Positions 37,916-50,390 of a DNA stretch of 64,000 nucleotides are shown one piece after another. Made by a program: the position numbers and the translations under genes. How positions within the stretch are numbered: position 1 is the first letter of the stretch; every line of letters starts with the position of its first letter. Where the stretch lies: assembly GCA_050575255.1 (NCBI GenBank), contig JBNZDD010013712.1, positions 8,396,852 through 8,460,851 on the forward strand. Reading direction: 5' to 3'. This DNA comes from Harriotta raleighana. Taxonomy: Eukaryota. A model generated the notes under the pieces. The model had not been told where the DNA came from. It made no database searches and saw only the letters and a list, made by a program, of their open reading frames with translations.

Positions 37916-40024
37916 GTCCTGGATAGTGTGTGGACATGATGAGCAATAAGTGACTCAACCCCCTCTCCTACTCTGACAACCAGATACGTGTTTGTATTTA
38001 ATGTGTGTTCTCTTTGGAACCATGGATCATTTCCTTTAGTTTGGCAATGCATCTCTTTGCATAATTTGTGGCAATGCTCCACTATCTCGGAGCCCACTGG
38101 CCCTTTCTTTGAATTGGATAAAACTTGCAAATTGATTCTGATGTTTAACAAATAATGAGATGATGGGTAAAATGCCTAATTCTATTTGAGGTGCATGAAA
38201 ATGGATTAATTAATTTGCCGAGTTATTTCTATTTGGGACATCCTAATGACATGAGAGGCGTTATATAAGTGTAATTTTGTTTGTTGTTGTTGTAAAGAAT
38301 GAAGCTCATATTTTAAAAAGTGGGATTAAAAGTGGGATCGGGCAATAATATAATTTATTTCTGACATAATTTGTGGCAATTGCAAATTTATACCAGCAAC
38401 TACCAGAATGTCAGCACATTCAACTGGATTACCGGGATACTTTGAAATAGTAAAATTTCATCTCCAATTATTGTCTTGTAAACCAAAAATGTAAATGCAA
38501 ACATAGAGAACAAAAAATGTTTGTGAGTCGTATTAATAACATACATTTTTGAATGGCTTGAGAACAATGCATTGGAAACCCGGTGAGCAAATCTCTGGTC
38601 TTTCTCTGATATATTTTATTCAGTTTTGTCTCTCAAAGTGGTAAATTCAACATTGTACTTTATGAGCTAGAATTGTGATACGTAAAGTCACCTGTATGAG
38701 TTTTGAGAATGTGCAAGGTTTGCCTCCTTCGGACGGAGTTAGCCTGGCAGTCCCATGATCCAGTCAGAAAATTGGGTTTATATTAATTTTGTTGTGACTT
38801 TTTAACAGTGCTACCAACAGCCAGACTATACAAATGTACTGTGTGGATTAGAGATGCTGAGCTGCAAACTCATTACTCAGTTAAGTAATGATTCTTTTCG
38901 CTGATGCCAATTAGTTAAGGAACAAGTGTTCTCATTAAAATCCTGTCTGATAAATGCTGTAGGTATAGAGGCCTTTCTTCCAAATGCCAACGACAGCCAA
39001 AATGCCATGATAAATGGTAAAACTTTCGGTTTTGCCTACTATGGTTAAATGATCTTTTAGTATTGCCTTAAAAGCATCATATTGTGCTGTGGGGGCTCAC
39101 ACCTGTCATGCAAATCCTTTGCAGGATTAATGGATTAATGAATGACATCAACCCATCTTTATGCTATCCATTGTTCAACCTGGGGAAAGAAAACAGCCCT
39201 CTTCACAAACCTCTGCAATGATCCATAGTCTGGCCAGGATTTGCACCTGCTCAATTGCTTGCCCTCCTTCCACAAATCTACAGCTAGCAAACTGCTCCAA
39301 CCTCCTCATGCACATCATAGATAAAGCTTTTCCAGTAGAATCAACACAAATGGCAATTACTAAATATAAATGTATTAAATGCCACATATACACAATGCAA
39401 ACAGACAGAATGTAATGTAGAAATAACTATTTGTATACAAACAATAAACAGTGTTGGGAGTATCAATACGTAATACATTGCAATGAGGGCAATAGGGGTT
39501 TGTGGGTGCTGTGGGCTGAGGTCTACTTTGAGAACTTGCTGTGCACTAGGTCAGGACTCAGGCCTTTCCCCTCACAGCTCTCCTTGGGACATCTTCCCAA
39601 CGTGAAAGTTAATATACAAATGTAATTTTGTTATTGTTGTCAACACCTCAGATGTCCTCTGGATGTGAAAGGTGCTCAAAAATGTAATTTTGTTGTTGTT
39701 GCTTTGTTATTAAAGAGATGAACTGTAAAAGGTGGAGTGGGGGTGCTGAGTCCCCTCTAGCTCTTGCCAGCTGCCATCTATGTGAACAAAGACTACAAAT
39801 AAAATAAACTTTATTTGGCAAAGAACTAAATATTTATCTGTACTTAATGGAGAGTATTTTTTACACAAAGTATTTTCAGTAGAATCTATGCTGTTTTGGC
39901 AAAACATTGGCTATTATTTTATTTAAATAAAAACAATAACATGGGAAACACAGCTCAGTAAAGATATGAAGTCAAGACAAACCGAGGGCACTGAGGCTGC
40001 AATGGGGTCTTCAGTGCATAAATA

Positions 40025-40610
40025 CAATACTAAATTGCATTTGTATAGCACCTTTCACAATCAGGGAATGTTAGGGGAAAATTTCAAAGCAAAAGGAGTG
40101 TGGGATTGAGTTCCAGAGGGTGGGGGCAGAGTGGCTGAAGGCCTGACTGCCGATGGTGAAGCCATGGACATGGAGCAGTCTGAGACGCCGTCCGGCGTGG
40201 AGAGCGCTATATAAATCGAGTTGCTGTTGTTCTTGTGGGGAGCAGACAGGTTGATATGGGATTAGCAGTTCACAAAGGTAGGAAGGAGCAAGGCCATGGA
40301 GGACCTTGGAGGCAAGGACAATGATTTTGAACTGTATCCCCTGAGGGATGGGGAGCCCGTGGAGCCGGATGAAGGTGGGTGTGATGGGAGTCACAGAGCC
40401 CGCAACAGGAAAAGACACAAGCTGCAAAGTTCTGGATGATTTGCAGCTGGTGGAGGGAAGAGTTGGGAAGACCAACAAGGGGAGTAGTTGTAGTTGAGCC
40501 TAGGTGTGATGAATGCATGGATGAAGGTCTCAGGGTTCGGGGTTTTCGGGAGGAGTGAGGCAGTGGATCCGGTGATGTTGTGGAGGTGGGGGAAGGCAGA
40601 GCAGGTCATA
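40025..40610 (-). mobile_element. L2 fragment with a nested about 55-bp L2 tail (40177-40232)
   Basis: ITPTFIRLHGLPIPQGIQFKIIVLASKVLHGLAPSYL; second stem-loop tail inside. Confidence 0.85.
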
Positions 40611-40617
40611 GAACATA

Positions 40618-41126
40618 GTATTAATCCTTGCATTTGATATAGCACTATCCACGTCTTCTAGACATCTCAAAATACTTCACAGAATGTAGGATAAAGTGAA
40701 TTGATTGTATATTTGTGGGGAAAATGCAGCAGCCAACTGTGCACTGCATTATCCCACAAACAGCCATGGAATGGCCAAACTATTATTGTTTTTTTGTGGG
40801 ATTGTTATCCCTGGAAAAGTAATCCATCAATCGACTAACAAACCTACTTATTACTAGGTAAATACAACTGCAACAAACAACAAAATTATATTNCCAATCG
40901 ACTAACAAACGGGGTTCCTACTTATTACTAGGTAAATACAACTGCAACAAACAACAAAATTATATTTCTAGAGTGTCTTTCACTTCAGGAGGACGTCCCA
41001 AGGCGCTGGGTATGCATAGAGACATGTGGACTAAGGAAACTTGCCGAACATTTTAACCTGCCAGGAATAGATCCCAGATCTCTCACTTGCGAGGCACGCA
41101 TTGTAACCATTGAGCTACTGGATTCC
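40618..41126 (-). mobile_element. Deu-SINE interrupted by an L2 tail and an N-flanked duplication (N at 40893)
   Basis: Body 40618-40815; head 41025-41126. Confidence 0.75.
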
Positions 41127-42755
41127 ATGATGTGGAAGGGAAGGATGGAAGGTGAAAGATGGAGCGGGGATGTGGGTCATGTGAAACTCAGTGAACTTTA
41201 CTCACTGAAGTCGGGGCAGAAAGTGCCTCGCAGTACAGAATGATTGTGTTGGAATAGACATGTCTTTGGCTCTCAGGAATGCACAGTTAATTAATCAACT
41301 CCATAACTGAAGACAATCCTCAGAGAAAAAACCATCACAAGCATTGATTTACTATTCCCCAACAGCATGCATCTGAAAATAGGAACTTACCACATAAAAA
41401 TAGATTAAAGATCAGGCGCCGTTCATGAATATATTATAATGAACATTTTATTTGGAGCATACATAGAGTAAATTAATCACAACTATATGACAGTTTTTAT
41501 CAACTATTTTTCACTGTTGGTAAAATAAGATGCTCTATTGAATGCATGGATTATTATTATAAAACAACAGCACTAAAATGCTTATTTAGGAGTAGGCAAC
41601 AGGGAAAGCAGTAAAGATTACCAAACTTGTCGTTAATTGGGAAAGGTTTTAATATTGTACTTGAGTTGTTTCATACATGTGATATATTGGACTACAATAA
41701 ATGTTACTTGTATTAATCTATGTACTCTGTTATGAGAGCTTTTAGTAAACACCGGATGCACTCTAGGATGTTATCCACAAAACCACAAGATTGAAAGGTT
41801 CGTATAGGTGAAAAAGGCCTTTCGTGCCAGCCAATCTCACCTCTTCAGAACAAACCGCCCTACTATCATCTCAGTACAGCATCAAGATACTTTATAACGA
41901 TTCCAATGTATTGATCTCAACTACCCTTCTTGGCAACTTGTTCCATTTATCTGAGTAAAGAAAATCTTCTTGATATCTGTCCTAAAATTGCCCTTCACAA
42001 TGTTAAACCTTGTTCTGCTAAGATGCAAAACCAATACAATACTGGGGACTTAATAGGGCATTTTAATTATCCTAAAATAGACTAGCAAAATAATAGTGTA
42101 AAGGGCAAGGAACGAGAAGGATTCCTGTGCCCTGGATATCTTATTGGATCAATATATTTCTAGCCCAAAAGGAAGAAAGTAGTCCTGGATCTAATTCTAG
42201 GGTAAGAAATAGGGCATGCTGAGTGGGTTTCAATTGGAGAGCCTATGGACAACAGTGATCACTAAGGTATTTTATAAACTTATACATTTTAGAAGAATTT
42301 ATAAGAATGAAAAGGTGGGTCAATACTAAGGTGGGTCCAATTAGGGACCAAAGAGAAAATCTTTTTGCGGAGACTGAGGTCATGGCAGATGTACTGTATC
42401 TTCACAAAAGAGGATGCAGTGAACACAAGAATAACTGAGGGGAGGGTAGAGAAATCGGAAAGATAAGAATAAGTCAAGTGAAGGTTCTAAAACAGTTGTT
42501 GATGCTCAAGGTAGATAAGTCACCTAGTCCCGAAGGGATACATCGTAGGCTACTGAGGGGAACAAGGGTGAAAGTAACTGGACTCTGGACACAATCTTTC
42601 AATCCTCCTTGTACACTGGGGTGGTGCCAGAGGACTAAAGGGTTGCAAATCTTATTCCCTCTTATAAAAAGGGAACTACCAGCTAGTCAGCCTAACATCA
42701 CTAGTGAGGTGACTTCTAGAGACTATAATCTGGAACAAAATAAATTTTCACTTAN

Positions 42756-42922
42756 ATCTTATCAACGTCCCAAAGCGCTTCACAGAATATACTGTAAAGT
42801 GAATTGACTGTATATTTGTGGGCGGAATGCGGCAGCCAATTGCGCACAGCAGTGTCCCACAAACAGCCGGGGATTGAAATGACCAATTTTATTATTGTGG
42901 TTTTTTTTGGAGGGATTATTAT
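42756..42922 (-). mobile_element. Deu-SINE body nested in CR1
   Basis: ggcagccaattgcgcacagcagtgtcccacaaac. Confidence 0.85.
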
Positions 42923-43216
42923 TAGACTCCACGTAGAAAAATATGAGTTAATAAAGGACAGCGAACATGGATTTGTTAAAGGCAAATCATGTCTAACAAA
43001 TCCGATAGAGATTTTGATGAAGTAACAGAGTATGAAGGTAGTGCAGTTGATGTAATTTATATGGATTTTCAAAAAGCATTTATTAAGTGCCACGTAAGAG
43101 ACTTAAGTAAAATAGAACTCTATGATATTAAATGGACAGTGGTAGTATGGATGCAGAACTAGCTGGGAGATAGAAAGCAGTGAGTGATGGTAAATGGTTG
43201 TGTTTCTGATTGGAGT

Positions 43217-43480
43217 AATATTAATATTAATATCCTTGTATTTGATATCGCGCTTTATACATCTTCTAGATGTCTCAAAACGCTTCACAGAATATGTTGT
43301 ATAATGAATTGACTGTATATATGTGGGTGAAATGCAACAGCAAATGGCGCATATCAGTGTCTTACAAACAATGTGAATTGAAATGACCAATTTATTATTG
43401 CTCATTTTTAGGATTATTATTAGGCTTGTGGAGTATGGAAAGTTGCTGAAGGTACCCTGCCTGGAATTGAGCCCTGCCAG
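43217..43480 (-). mobile_element. Deu-SINE nested in CR1
   Basis: Tail, Deu core and partial head. Confidence 0.85.
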
Positions 43481-44033
43481 TGTGCAGTGGTGTCCCCCAG
43501 GGGACCACTGCTGTTTTTGGCCTATATAAATAATCTTGATTTGGGTACAGGGAGTCCAATTTACAAGTTTGCAAATGATACAAAGCTAGGAAAAGTTGTA
43601 AACATTGAGGAGGATAGTAGCAGACTGCAAGAGGATATACACAGAATGGAAAAATGGGCAAACATGTGGCCAGTGAAGATTAATGTGGATAAATGCAAAG
43701 TGATGCATTTTGGGAGAAAGAATAAGGAGAGACGGTACAAGATGAAGTGATAACCTGCAATAGATGGTAGAATCTTAAAGGGGGTGAAGAAAAAGAGAGA
43801 CCTGGGGGTTCATATAATTAATCTTTGAAGGTGGCAGGGTAGATAGATAAAGCAGTTTAAAAAAGCATACGGGATACCAGGCTTTTTAAATAGGGGCATA
43901 GAATTCAAAAGTCAGGAGGTTATGATGAATGTTTATAAAACACTGGTTTAGGCCTCAGCTAGAGCAATGTGTTCAGTTCCAGGCACCACACTTTAGGAAG
44001 GATGTTCAGGCATTGATGAGGGTGCAAAGGCAG

Positions 44034-44346
44034 AGTGCTGCTGCTCAGTGCTTAGAGCTCTTGTCTTGGAAGCGAGAGACCTGGGCTTCGATTTTAGGCA
44101 GGGCAAAACCTTGGGCAAGTTTCCTTACTCCATACATCTAATAAGAATCCCTCCAAAAGAAACCAATAGTAATATAATCACTCAATCCACGACTGTTTGT
44201 GGGACACTGCTGTGCACAATTGGCTGCCGCATTTCACCCACAAATATACCGTTAATTCACTTGACAGTATATTCTGTGAACCTCATTGAGATGTCTCGAA
44301 GACGTGAAAAGCTCTATATCAAATGCAAGGATTATTATTATTATTA
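44034..44346 (+). mobile_element. Full-length Deu-SINE nested in CR1
   Basis: tRNA-like head, gtttgtgggacactgctgtgcacaattggctgccgc core, (ATT)n tail. Confidence 0.9.
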
Positions 44347-45698
44347 AAGCTGATGGTACCAGGAAGTGGGAGACTTGGCACAGTCACGATAGACCTAATT
44401 GCCTCCTTCACTTGATGTATAATTCTATGATCCTATGATACTGACCCTGGCGCACCCTGAAGCATTGATATGGGTATACTTTTTCAATACCATTTAAAAT
44501 GTTATAAATTTCCTACATGAACGGAGCTATAAAAATACTAGTTGTAGATATATGAGTTTGTGAGCTATTCACCAATTTCTCTACTACACCATTTAAAAAA
44601 TGAGATTGCTACTAACTGCTGATTGTGTGCCTACTAACTCAGATGATGAAGTACAAAAAAGCAATCTCAATGCTTTTATTTTATAGCAATAACAGGTGCT
44701 GCTCACTAAATATCAGATTGGGCACAGCTAACATATGATCAGTACATTTTCCTAAAGTCAGCAAAACATTGGAAAGGATTGCCAATGTATTTTCAGGATG
44801 ATGCCAGCTTTGGTTAAGGCCTATATTCCTTATGGTGGAGGAGGTTAATGTATGATTTAATTGAGGTATTTTAAATAATAATGCATCATTTCTGTATTCT
44901 GATAAGCATTCCAGATAATTAACTCTGTTTGTTACCATATGTTGCTTTTCTCCTCAATCTTGTCTGTCTGATTATTCTTCAGGCATAGTTCTTGGTGTAT
45001 CTCATCAATCACTGGGTTGTGTCACATTGATTTCTCTCAACCTAATGAGATCGAACCTGCTTGTACTATAAGGATCCTCTCACAATATCACTAAGTAGTA
45101 CCTTGGTGCTGGTTGACATTTCATTACAGCTGATTTCCACACTTACAGAATAAAATTTAATTTTCCAGCGATTGATATTTATAGAAAATAGCTTTATTTT
45201 TCTGTCATTGTTGCCTGACTAATATTTTTCCCTTGACATTGGAACAAATACCTCAGGTTTCAGTATTTTGACAATTTCAGGTAGCAGTGTTTGTGTGCAT
45301 TTACCATAAGTAACTGAACTCTGAACATACATTACCAATGGATATGTTGTGAAACACAATTAGAGTGAGGTTTGCATCTCTACCATCAGTTGTGAATTTT
45401 AACTGTTGCTACCTTTGTAAGATATATTTTTTTTGGTCCCAAAGATCAGTCTGATCTCATCAATCCCAGTTTTCCAAACAATGCAACTTGTCTTGGGACT
45501 GATGTTGTCAACCCCAATCTCTGGTGCTTGAACTTTGTATATGCCTGAACCACATATGGGTAAAACACATTGAGAATTGATGTATAAGACCTGTGTGTTC
45601 AGCACAAGACCCATAATTTTAGTAAAGGAATGAACAGGGTTAATATAGATGACAAGATTCTGGTCAAGGAGATTTCTTACCAGATCATGTCGTTACTT

Positions 45699-46062
45699 GG
45701 GCGGTTGATCCACCCTGACCAACTCTGCCCTGTTCCAAGACAAAGTGATCTTGGATAGCCTCGCTTCAGAAATAACAACAACTTGAACTTCTACTGCACC
45801 CTCCTCATAGGTTAGCATCTCAGAGCACTTGGATACTATGTGCAGAAAAGGGAGATAGATGCCTGCCGTATCATTTTTGATCAGGCGAAATCATTTGACA
45901 GAGTTTTGCATGACTACATGTTTGAGGTGCTTTGGGGAGGGAATTTTTAACCTGATCCAGCCCCTCTACAGAAACATCGATAGTGCAGTCCTAGTGAATT
46001 GATTTGGAAGGTAGGCATTCCCCATCAGGTCTGGGGTCAGGCAAGGTTGTACCTTGTCCCCA
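45699..46062 (+). mobile_element. L1/Tx1-clade LINE reverse-transcriptase fragment
   Basis: Translates, with frameshifts, to VIHPDQ...FDQAKSFDRVLHDYMFEVL...LYRNIDSAVLVN...FPIRSGVRQGCTLSP. Confidence 0.8.
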
Positions 46063-47364
46063 NATAGGAAAATTGACTATGTTTGTGGGCGAAACACGGC
46101 AGCCAAATTATGCACAGCAGTGTCACACAAACAGTCTTGGAAGTGAGGGGGCCAGGGATGATAGGGGGAAAGAGGGTAAGGGGAGAGTTCAGGGTAGGGC
46201 GAAGAGAGCAGGAAAACCAGGTGTATATTTGGGGGTGAAACGAGGCAGCCAAATTGCACACAGCAGTGTCCCACAAATAGACACGGAAATGGGGCCGAGG
46301 GAGAAAGGGGGAAAAGATGGCAAGGGGTCGGAGACAGAGGGAAAAGCGTGTGGGGTAAAATTAGGGAGGAAAATGGGGGGAGAAAAAGGGACAAGGGGGA
46401 AATCAGGGAGGACAAGGAAGGAGAAATGGTAGCAAGGGGGAAGAGGGAGACAAAGGTGGGTGGGAGGCAAAATCAGGGAGAAATGGAGAGAAAGGGGGGC
46501 AAGAGGGAAGGAAGGAGGGAAAGGGAGAGAGGGAAGAAGATGAAAAAGGAGGGGGAATGGTCAGGGGGCAGGTGGGTATTAAACAGTAATAACAAACAAC
46601 AACATCAACAATAATAAACAAAAAAGGAACAATGACAATAGAAAGAGCAACAACAATAATTGACAACAGTCCAGCCACCTCTCCCTGTCCTCGCCGCCAG
46701 CCTGGATCATCTATATGGTGAAGTAAGGACATTTAACTAATTTATCTAATTGCTGTTCTTGCTTGAGGCTTGTTAATTTTAAGCCTAGGATAATTAATCC
46801 TTGCAGTCTGAATCAAGTAATTCACACCAGCACCAATTTTGTCTCTTTAACGTTTTAAACACATCCCTCGTCTCTCCTAAACTCCCCACTCTTCTTATTT
46901 GCAGTGAGAAAAGAAACAAGTTCTCTACATACATCCACATAACTTAGACTTGCAGCTCCCAGAATTAATTCATGACTATCTCTGATCTTCTCCAAGGGTT
47001 ATTTATTTTTGTGGGAGGATATCAGAACAGTACACATTCCAAGGGTCTCGATACCGCTGCTTACATTTTTGTGCTGACATATGTGGACAACCGTCACTCA
47101 GTGTTTCCAAACTACATTGAGTTCTGTGTATGCCACTTACACATGGATATTTGTGTGTTTGGACTGGAATGCACACTCTCTCCCTGGAGTGTCACATCCT
47201 GGAGAGTATTCAGCACAGTTGGGCAAGTATCAAGGCTTTTGGGGCCCCAGAATGTTGATTGGGAGTAACTGCTGGAGTTCAACTGCATAATTTGTCATCC
47301 TAACCACTGTGCTCACAAAATGCATCTGGGAATTGGAACAGCTTTTTAGCAGCAGCTTCATATT

Positions 47365-47638
47365 GAAGTTCTGTAGCGCAGTGGTTAGAGCACTCGCCTT
47401 ACAAATGAGAGACCTGGGTAAGTTTCCTTACTTCACACCCATGATAATAATCCCTCAAAAAAATTATTTGGTCACTCAATCCACAATTATTTGTGGGACA
47501 TTTGTGTGCGATTCACTGCTGCGTTTCACCCATGAATATACTGTCAATTCATTTTACAGTATATTCTGTGACGCACTTTGAGATGTCTAGAAGATGTGAA
47601 AAGTGCTATATCAAATGCAAGGATTATTCTTCTTCTTA
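47365..47638 (+). mobile_element. Deu-SINE with the B-box region deleted
   Basis: gttctgtagcgcagtggttagagcactcgccttaca head; L2 tail. Confidence 0.88.
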
Positions 47639-49399
47639 TATTGTCTGATAATATTATTAATATTTGTACTATTGTTATGTACCTAATCCCCATTTTGATG
47701 ACAGTAATGTCAAAGTTTGTAAGGTATTCAGTAAATTAATATTAGAAAGCAAAGGCCAGGCAACTTGGAGTCTTACTAATACAGAGGGACAACATTAAAA
47801 TATACGCTTTAGTGGAACCAATTTAGAATTTAGCTTTGTAGCCGCAAGTTGTGATAAAACCTAGCAAATAGCATTCTGTAACATAAACAATTGCATGCAG
47901 TAATCTCATCCACATTAAGCACCGCTAATAACTCATGGGCTAGATTTACAGTTTTGATTTCCCTTCGTCCATTCTGTTTGATCATTGTGAGCAATCGTAA
48001 AGAACACAACTCTTTTTACTTTGTGCGGAGCAGCAAGGCACTACATATGTAACTACTGTATTAGTTAGCCAATGTTCCTTGAATGTAACAGTTTAGAAAG
48101 CACTTACTCTCTTCACATGCATTGTACCATATGATCAATGTTAAATGAGGTTTGTATGGAAGAAGGGGATCTTTCTTATTTTTAGAACAAAACTATTTTT
48201 GGAGCCTTTTTTTCATGGTGTTTATTTCCCATTTTTTCCCCTTCTTTTGCTTGTTGATATCACCAACATGGGACTTAAACCCACAAATTTCTGATTCAAA
48301 AATGAGAGCCCTATTCACTGAACTAGGCTGACACCTATTGAAGAAATATCCTCAGTGAGAAACATTAACAGTCCATGATGACTAAAACACTATTACTATT
48401 TACTCGTGGATCTACATTTTATACTGAGCATTCTGCCAACAGTTGGCTTTATTCTGCCAAGCAGAGAATCACCCTCTATTTCTTAGAGAAATGTTAATTT
48501 TTATTAAATTATGTTAATTATGTTATTTTTAAATGTTCATTTGTACGTTTACCAATACCATTCAATAGCTTTCCTATGAAAGTCTTAGCTCTTTCATAAA
48601 ATGTAGCACTGAGATTGTGCTGTTGTCACATTTATCTGTTATTCTCTATAAGGTACAGTAAAAGCTTTTTTTTAATCTGAGCCATAAACTTGTACAATAT
48701 ACGTCAATGGCCTGGTCATACTCATCTCTCTTCAAGCACAGCAAGGTCCAAATGCAGCTAAAACTGGTGGACTATAAATACATGGTGTAAACAATCCTAT
48801 TTTATAGCTCTGAGCTCCTGGGGATGCAGCAGAGAGGCTTTCTCCAATCCAGGAGCAAGCAGTGAGGTGGGTTTGTGTGGTTTCATAGCACATGGTTTCA
48901 CATGAAAACCCACATTAAACAGCTGGTGCTGAGTAAGCCTGTATACAGTATTGGACTTCAAGCTGGCTAGCAGGCATGTCAAAAGTTGCTATATTCCATA
49001 AAAGAGTGAAGACTTTCAGTAGAAAAGCTATTGAATGGTATTGGTTACAAATAGATGTTTAGAAGTGCTCTCACAACTCTGAAGGCAGATGTCAATCAGG
49101 CACCTGGTGACAAAATGCTGAGACTTGTGGTGACAGCTGATGGAAGGCATTAACTGAAGTCCGAGTTTGTGAACACAAATTTGTAATTCCAGTGTCTGGA
49201 ATCCACCTTGACTGGCTTGCTTAAGCAGCTGCTTAAATTCAGTGTCTCCAACTGGTGGTGGAAACTTCGCTGAATGGGTTATGAACAGGCAGATGGTGGC
49301 AATGTTCTGACTTATTTTATGCTGAGCGGTGTTGCCCACCAGGAAGCTCCACCTGATAAAGGTGCAAACCTACGCTTATTCAAACCGCCATTGTTTTTT

Positions 49400-50390
49400 T
49401 TTCCCAACTCCCGCACTGTCTTGTGTGGTGTTCTTCAGGGCTCTGTCTTCAGCCCCCTCTTTTTCAATCTCTACTGGTTCCCCGTTGGTGACATCATCCG
49501 CAGACATGAAGTAAATTTCCACATGTATGCGGATGACACAGAACTCTATCACTCTGCCGCCACCTTGATCCCAGGATTACTAGTGTCCTGACAGACTGCC
49601 TGGATGAGAGAAAATTTTCTACGACTGAACGTCAGCAAGACCGGGGCCCTCCACACCTCAGTCACTGGCAGTATCAGCATCTATAGATGTACACTCCACC
49701 TAACCAAGCCAGTCAGGAACCCCTGTGTCTTGTTTGACCCTGAACTGCCCTCTCTCTCCTATATCTGTGCCATACCCAGCACTGCCTTCCACAACCTCCG
49801 CAACATTGCCTGTCACCCCCATTGTCTCACCCCCTCTGGCCCCTAAAACCCTTACACATGTGTTTGTCACCTCAAGGCTCGACTATGGCACTTCCCTCTC
49901 TAACTCTTCACTCCACAAGCTACAAATCATCCAAAACTCTGGAACTCATGTCATCTCCCGCAACAGGCTCTGTCACCTAATCAGCCCTACCCTCACCAAT
50001 CTCAAATGGCTCCCCATCCCTCAGAGTATCGAGTTTAAGATCCTCGCCCTCACCTTCAAGGCTCTCCAGAGCCTTGGTGCCTCCTACCTCTCTATCTGGC
50101 TGACCTCCATCAATCTGTCTGTTCCCTCCATTCAACAGGCTCCGGCCTGCTCCATGTCTCTCGGGCAACCCGCCCTACTGTCGATGACCAGGCATTCAGC
50201 CTCTTGGCGCCCACACTTTGAAACGCCATCTGACAATCCCTTCGCCTTGCTCCCTTCCTTTGCTCCTTCAAGGCCAGTCTCAAAACCTGCCATTTTGACT
50301 GTGCCTTCAGTCACAGTCCTACTTCTCTGCCCTCCCTCATCCCAACCCTGGCCCCACCTCCATTGCTTAGTGACTTGGGACATCCCCTCT
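49400..50390 (+). mobile_element. L2 LINE fragment (RT and C-terminus)
   Basis: [13 protein letters not shown]...[10 protein letters not shown]; HVFVTSRLDY; KWLPIPQSIEFKIL. Confidence 0.92.

Larger units (their letters stand above)
42060..44440 (+). mobile_element. Degenerate CR1 ORF2 (RT) interrupted by three SINEs
   Basis: LKVDKSPSPEGIH, HGFVKGKSCLTN, KFANDTKLG, KWANMWPVKINVDKCKVMHFG, RPQLEQCVQF; ttctatga tail. Confidence 0.9.
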
